Shown here in pieces: positions 58,840 to 64,000 of a stretch of 64,000 nucleotides of DNA (position 1 is the stretch's first letter; each line of letters starts with the position of its first letter). The DNA is from Eledone cirrhosa. Taxonomy: Eukaryota. The stretch lies in assembly GCA_964016885.1 (NCBI GenBank), contig OZ024745.1, forward strand, positions 106,268,001 to 106,332,000, written 5' to 3'. The notes under the pieces were generated by a model, which was not told where the DNA came from, searched no databases, and saw only the letters and a program-made list of their open reading frames with translations. The translations under genes were made by a program, and so were the position numbers.

Positions 58840-59826
58840 TAACTAAATATGTTCACTTTTCTCCTAGTTTATTTTACACCTAATTCTGTTTAGTTGACTG
58901 TATATCTGAGCGATTTATACACGCTGTCGAAATACTCGATAAATACTCCGTCGCAACCGCCGCGAAGGGCTGCTTTCGGTTATTTATCGGAGATTTCTTC
59001 AGAGAAGCCTTTATTCTTATAGCTTGGTCTAATCGATTTTTTATATGGTTAATTATGCTAATTGGGAGAGGAAATGGTATATATTTTATCTGGTGATATG
59101 TTTTATGATATATAGCTCTGATTATTTAATTTATTAACTGTTCATTGAGCCACAAAGTGACCCGTTGCAAAACACACATATATATATGTAAACCTTTATA
59201 TATATATAATAAAATGTGGAGAGGAGGCACACGAGTTAGGATATATATATATATATATATGAAAACAGGGAGAAAGAGGAAGAAAAAAATTGTTTTTTTC
59301 CTTTTTTTTTCATAGACAACGCTACTTTCATCCAACGCACCAATAAGGAAACACATTTCATTAATACATTTCAACCAGTACTCAATGCTCTGAAATTCGC
59401 ACCTTTCTAAAACTGCAACAAACCATCAAACATTTACAAGAGTTACCTCCCTCAAACCCTACCTAATCCTTTTTCTTAAATTAATTAAATATCACCCAGC
59501 AAGAATTGCTTCCCCTGCATATTAACTCTCTAAAAAGGGAAATCCTATCAAACTGCAGTCCACCATTTGCCTCCTTCACGGAACCATCGTTCAACTAAAC
59601 ACTCTTGCGATATTAACACATTTTGAACTGCTTAATTTCAATGACTGCGCTTGTAAATAACATTAACTTTTCTTCCACATTGACTTTTTACGTTCCACAT
59701 TATGCAAGGTTTTTTTTTCCTTTTTCTTTTTTCTTTTCACTTCTTAAACCTTGTTTGTATATAACATTATTCTTTCTGCACCTTCTGTTTAACATGTGCG
59801 ACACCACACTAATACATTTCACTATC

Positions 59827-59863
59827 ATTTGATAATGCATATAAATGCAGAAACCGGTAATAG
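59827..59863 (+). ncRNA. Hammerhead-like motif with U3-A8 core, weak stem I
   Basis: TTGATAA-TGCAT ataa ATGCA-GAA-ACCGGT-A-ATAG. Confidence 0.5.
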
Positions 59864-60070
59864 ACAATAATTAAATATATAAATAGATAAAGAATGCCAT
59901 TGTTAAATAAAAAATAAATCAGCTAATACCTTAACACTTCACACAAAGTAAAACATTTAGTTTTAATTATTTTCTAACCTAGAAATAAGAGAGAGAGAGA
60001 CAAAAAAAAAAAAAAAAAAAATGTTTTCTTCCTCATAGTCGTCTCTTTCCCCGTTTTCATATATATATAT

Positions 60071-60273
60071 AACAAAGGAATTGTGGTAAGGAACCAGATC
60101 GACCATAACGCACCAAAGTACTCAATACTTAGGGTAGTAGAGTGGGTAATAGGAACAAGTATGACCCCGACGACAGAGCTGAAGCCGTTTCGACGGCTAT
60201 TTCTGGACAGAAAATAGCGAAGATAATACGTCAAAACGGCTTGAGCTCTGCCGTCGGGGTCAGACTTGTTCCT
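60071..60273. mobile_element. Fold-back element family B in (TA)n
   Basis: Same arms and tail; spacer contains foreign sequence. Confidence 0.8.
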
Positions 60274-60525
60274 ATATATATATATATATGTTCATACATA
60301 CATATAAAATATATGTGGAGAGTCGTATAACAGCATGGTATGATAGAATATTAAAGATATTTTTCCTGTCTGTATATACAGGTGTGAGATTATATATATA
60401 TAAATATATATATATATGTGTGTGTGAGTGGGAGCGTGTGTCTGTGAGTGTGTGTGTATACACATATAAAATACCCACACTCACACACACAAATATGCAT
60501 ACAGATATAAACTCTCTCACACACG

Positions 60526-60559
<34 letters not shown>

Positions 60560-61141
60560 ATATATTATACACGTATAGTATTGACACTGGTGGGGCAAAC
60601 AGTGCAGAGAATGTTTTAAGTTAGGAGAGGTTGAACTGAATAACCGAACTTAGACAACAGCAGCTGTAACAACAATAACAGCAACACTACCGTAATTTAC
60701 CACAGCCGAATATCGCAGTTATAAAACACCACCATTATCAGTACACCATCATCATCACCACCCCACCACCCACCACCACCACCACTAATACCATTACCAT
60801 TCCCATTACATCCACCTTCACCACCACCAACAACAGTAAAAACAACCTATCCCACCCACCATCCACACATTCATAACAATAATAAATGCGAAAACACGGC
60901 TATTAAAGCAATTGCAATAATACTCAGAGAAAGCAATAGAAAGCCATTCCAATAATGAATTATTATTATTATTAGCTTTTTTGTTTATATTTTCCCTTTT
61001 ATTTGTTCTCCTGCTTAGCGGAAGTGGCTCGGCACAGTGTGTAGAAGAACATGTGAGAAATTCAGAGTGGTAAATTAACGGATATCATAATGTGTGAAAA
61101 TTACCACGCTAATTTCTATTTATAAGGAGTTGCGCCTATCA

Positions 61142-62282
61142 TCTATACTTATATATAAAACTGTAGTTGTATGTGTTGTGTCCTTATTTTTGCAAAGTCT
61201 ATACAAATCCACATTTCTACTCCGATTTCTACTCCGATTGACTTCAAACTTGCATTTATATATTCCTTGCGTTCTAAAGATATTAATTGCAGCTTTTATT
61301 TTTCACTTTTCTGCTGTTAAAGGGGTGTTAGGCGCTGATTATCGATCTCTTTCGCGCCCTTATAATATCTGTCTGTATGTCTGGCTGTCTACATTTCGAC
61401 ATTATGACAAACATTGATGACGTATTATCTTCGCTATTTTCCGTTCATTGCCAGGGAACGACTTCACGAACCAAAGTATCGTCTTCCTGTTTTCCTTGCA
61501 ACGTTTTTCGAAATATTTACTTCTGCGTTCATAGATTGATTAGTTTAGTTTCAGAAGATCCCGTTAAGGGTGAAAGCAACGATTTTTTTCTTAGACTTTA
61601 ATCTGTTATTTTAATATATAATATAAGCGAGGCAAGCCAGCCCAAATGCCACTTCTTGCCAATAAACATTAACTCTTTGTGCGCCATTCATCTAACTGTA
61701 GACCAACAAATACCAACTAACCGGAGCGTTGACAAGAACGATGGCGAATGAATCTTCAAGGTAAGCAGTTTCCTCCCTAGCTGTTACTTCACGCGGGATT
61801 CTCTGCTACACCTTTTCGTAATAATACCAAACAACGTACTGCTGGTCACTCCTTCCTCCAAAAGCCGTACAAAGTGGACATGTGCATCGGGCAGATGGAT
61901 CGGGTGCAAATCTACACCAGGTCTACGCGAGAAATTCGCAAGGGACTGCACCGAGAGGGATAGAGAGAAAGAGTAACTTAGTGGAAAGAGTGCGAATGAA
62001 CTTTTGAGGTAAGTGCCAACTTAACCTGTGACTTTCTGTTTCACATTTACTCCAATAGGCCAAAACAAAGGAGTATGAAAAGAAGGAGCTCAACAATATT
62101 TCTATGAACAATGCACGTAGTCAGCTAAACTGTACTTTCAACTTCTTAATTTTCTCCAAATAAAACAAGTTCCTGTCGGTATATTTTCGTGAGTTTTTAA
62201 CAGCCACTCACAAATAAACGTTTCTCATTGGAGGTGCTATTACCAATGTTCTTATTCGTGCAACGCCGGGATACACTGCTAG
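61142..62282 (+). mobile_element. Non-autonomous Helitron carrying captured sequence
   Basis: A|TCTATACTTATATATAAAA ... TTCGTGCAACGCCGGG-ATACACTG-CTAG|T, no TSD. Confidence 0.75.
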
Positions 62283-62993
62283 TACTCACTGTTATTATGG
62301 TAGATTCAATGTGAGAAACTTTGCGAGCATTCAACCTGCTAGAAATAGCAGTCATATCTCTTTCAAATCACGCCCTACCTTATTTTAAAAAGGGTGCTTT
62401 ATATAACATAACGCTGGCTTATATGCTCATCGAAAAAATTGTGTGGTATTTCTGTAATCATGGATCTGCTCCTCAGTAAATTGTTTACAATATATAGCAA
62501 AAACTCTGTATGTTGTGAGTTTAAAATCGTTTGTGGCTGAATTTCTCTTTCCATATTCCATGTGAGATAAATAAGTTAACAATTTTGTGGGCTATATATA
62601 ATCTCCTTACTCTCTCACAATTATCTTAGAAATTTGAATTGGCATCTCCTTGCTGATCAAATTGTTGTTCATTTTGTTCTTTGTGGGATTTGTTGCTTTT
62701 CATTGCTCATTGACTTCCTTTATATAGAACTAACCGCAGTGATAGGAGCAGTCCCCTTTTCATTTCCCTTTAAAGGGTTAGAATAATTTTCGCAAAAGAA
62801 AATTGTTTCCAAATAATTTGAAATTTCCAGTGTGATAACAATATCAAATAAGAGAAAAGGAGAGCATGAAGAGCAGTGCAATCACTATCACAGCTAGTAT
62901 AAGTAGCAGCAGCGGCAGTAGCAGCAGTGGCAGTAGCAGCGGTGGCAGCCACATTACAAACACCTACAGCAACAATATTAAAACGCTGTAAAA

Positions 62994-63252
62994 CAGGCAT
63001 GGGCAACCGTTTTCGAGAAGCGGGTTTGCAAGCGCTAATTTACATTCGTGCCCGCATTAAAAAGGGGCGCTAACTCAGGTTGTTTTGATTTGTTTCTTCA
63101 GAACTCGTACACGCTGCTTTCCTCGATCGTAAAAATGATAGAAAGATAAATTACGACTGAAAAGTTGGGGTAAAAAAACCAGAAAGATTTCACTTAGGTG
63201 ACTTAAGCGAGCCATTCAGAAAGCTTCGCGGGCCGCAGGTTGTCCATCACTG
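62994..63252. mobile_element. hAT-superfamily MITE
   Basis: TIRs CAGGCATGGGCAACC and GGTTGTCCATCACTG; 8-bp TSD CTGTAAAA / GTGTAAAA. Confidence 0.8.
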
Positions 63253-63491
63253 GTGTAAAAGGTAGTTTTGTTGCTTCACCGGATCGGAACGTTAGAGAGT
63301 GCATGTTTCTCATTATAGCATGAAAGATAGACAAAGGGAAAGAAGTAAGATAGTCGTAATCGTTGGTAAAAGAGCTATTATACCGACACTACTGAAATCG
63401 CCAGCAGAAAGAATAGGCGAACGATTATATTATGGGTCAGAATTCAAACATATCTATTTAGTGATACACATGGTAGATTCCTGCTGGAATG

Positions 63492-63588
63492 TCTTCTTCT
63501 TCTTCTTCGTCTTCTTCTTCTTCTTCTTCTTCTTCTTCTTCTTCTTCTTCTTCTTCTTCTTCTTCTTCTTCTTCTTCTTCTTCTTCTT
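63492..63588 (+). repeat. (CTT)n microsatellite; related triplet arrays at 12426-12493 and 28310-28385, (GTA)n at 44545-44675
   Basis: Direct inspection. (TA)n, (CA)n, (GA)n and (ATGT)n arrays occur throughout the window. Confidence 0.95.
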
Positions 63589-63624
63589 CAGCCGAGTGTA
63601 CACTAGCCCAAAATATCAGGAAGC

Positions 63625-63697
63625 CTCCCCGGCGGGGAATCGAACACCGGTCTCCTGCGTGAGAGGCGGGGGATACTTACAACTATACTACCGAGGA
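63625..63697 (-). pseudogene. tRNA-Asp-derived sequence with CTC anticodon (probable pseudogene)
   Basis: TCCTCGGTAGTATAGTTGTAAGTATCCCCCGCCTCTCACGCAGGAGACCGGTGTTCGATTCCCCGCCGGGGAG has the eukaryotic tRNA-Asp body. D-loop GG is lost; there are anticodon-stem and T-stem mismatches and an extra C. Confidence 0.8.
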
Positions 63698-64000
63698 TCT
63701 CAAAAAAGGAGACGTGAACTTTGTAAATCACTTCAAACTATGCGAATCTGTGAAAACAAAGCTCTAATCCGAAACGACCAACCAAACACACCCCAGAGTC
63801 ACTTTTGGGAGTAGAAATTCCACTCCCATTACGAAGTATATATCGACCAAGAAAACCTGGTGATGATTCCAAACCGTAATAACTCTCATAAACGACACTG
63901 TGGTGCTTTCTGCAGGTATGGTCTACTTTCTTCAAGAAAATCTTTTTGTAACTCGTCTGTTGACCATGCTGCAGCCCTAGTCAAGTGCAAACCAAATTTC

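Overview
AT-rich, microsatellite-saturated eukaryotic DNA, most likely octopus/cephalopod (inferred from the SINE families and repeat content). No complete host gene is visible; there is one weak candidate terminal exon, and most listed ORFs are translations of simple repeats. The window contains about 15 copies of a tRNA-derived SINE, fragments of RTE, Tx1, CR1-like and R4-like LINEs, two decayed Penelope-like elements (PLEs), non-autonomous Helitrons, a hAT MITE, a 75-bp satellite and a tRNA-Asp pseudogene with a CTC anticodon. The main hidden signal is about 10 sequence-unrelated small elements, mostly embedded in or next to (TA)n. Each carries a type I hammerhead-ribozyme (HHR) fold, many with a palindromic stem III. 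Several have non-canonical catalytic cores that recur across copies (U3-A8 swap, U4A). Many of these families also share a 3'-terminal ACTC...GAGTRCT stem-loop and occur as fold-back palindromes. All folds were read by eye and none has been tested for activity.
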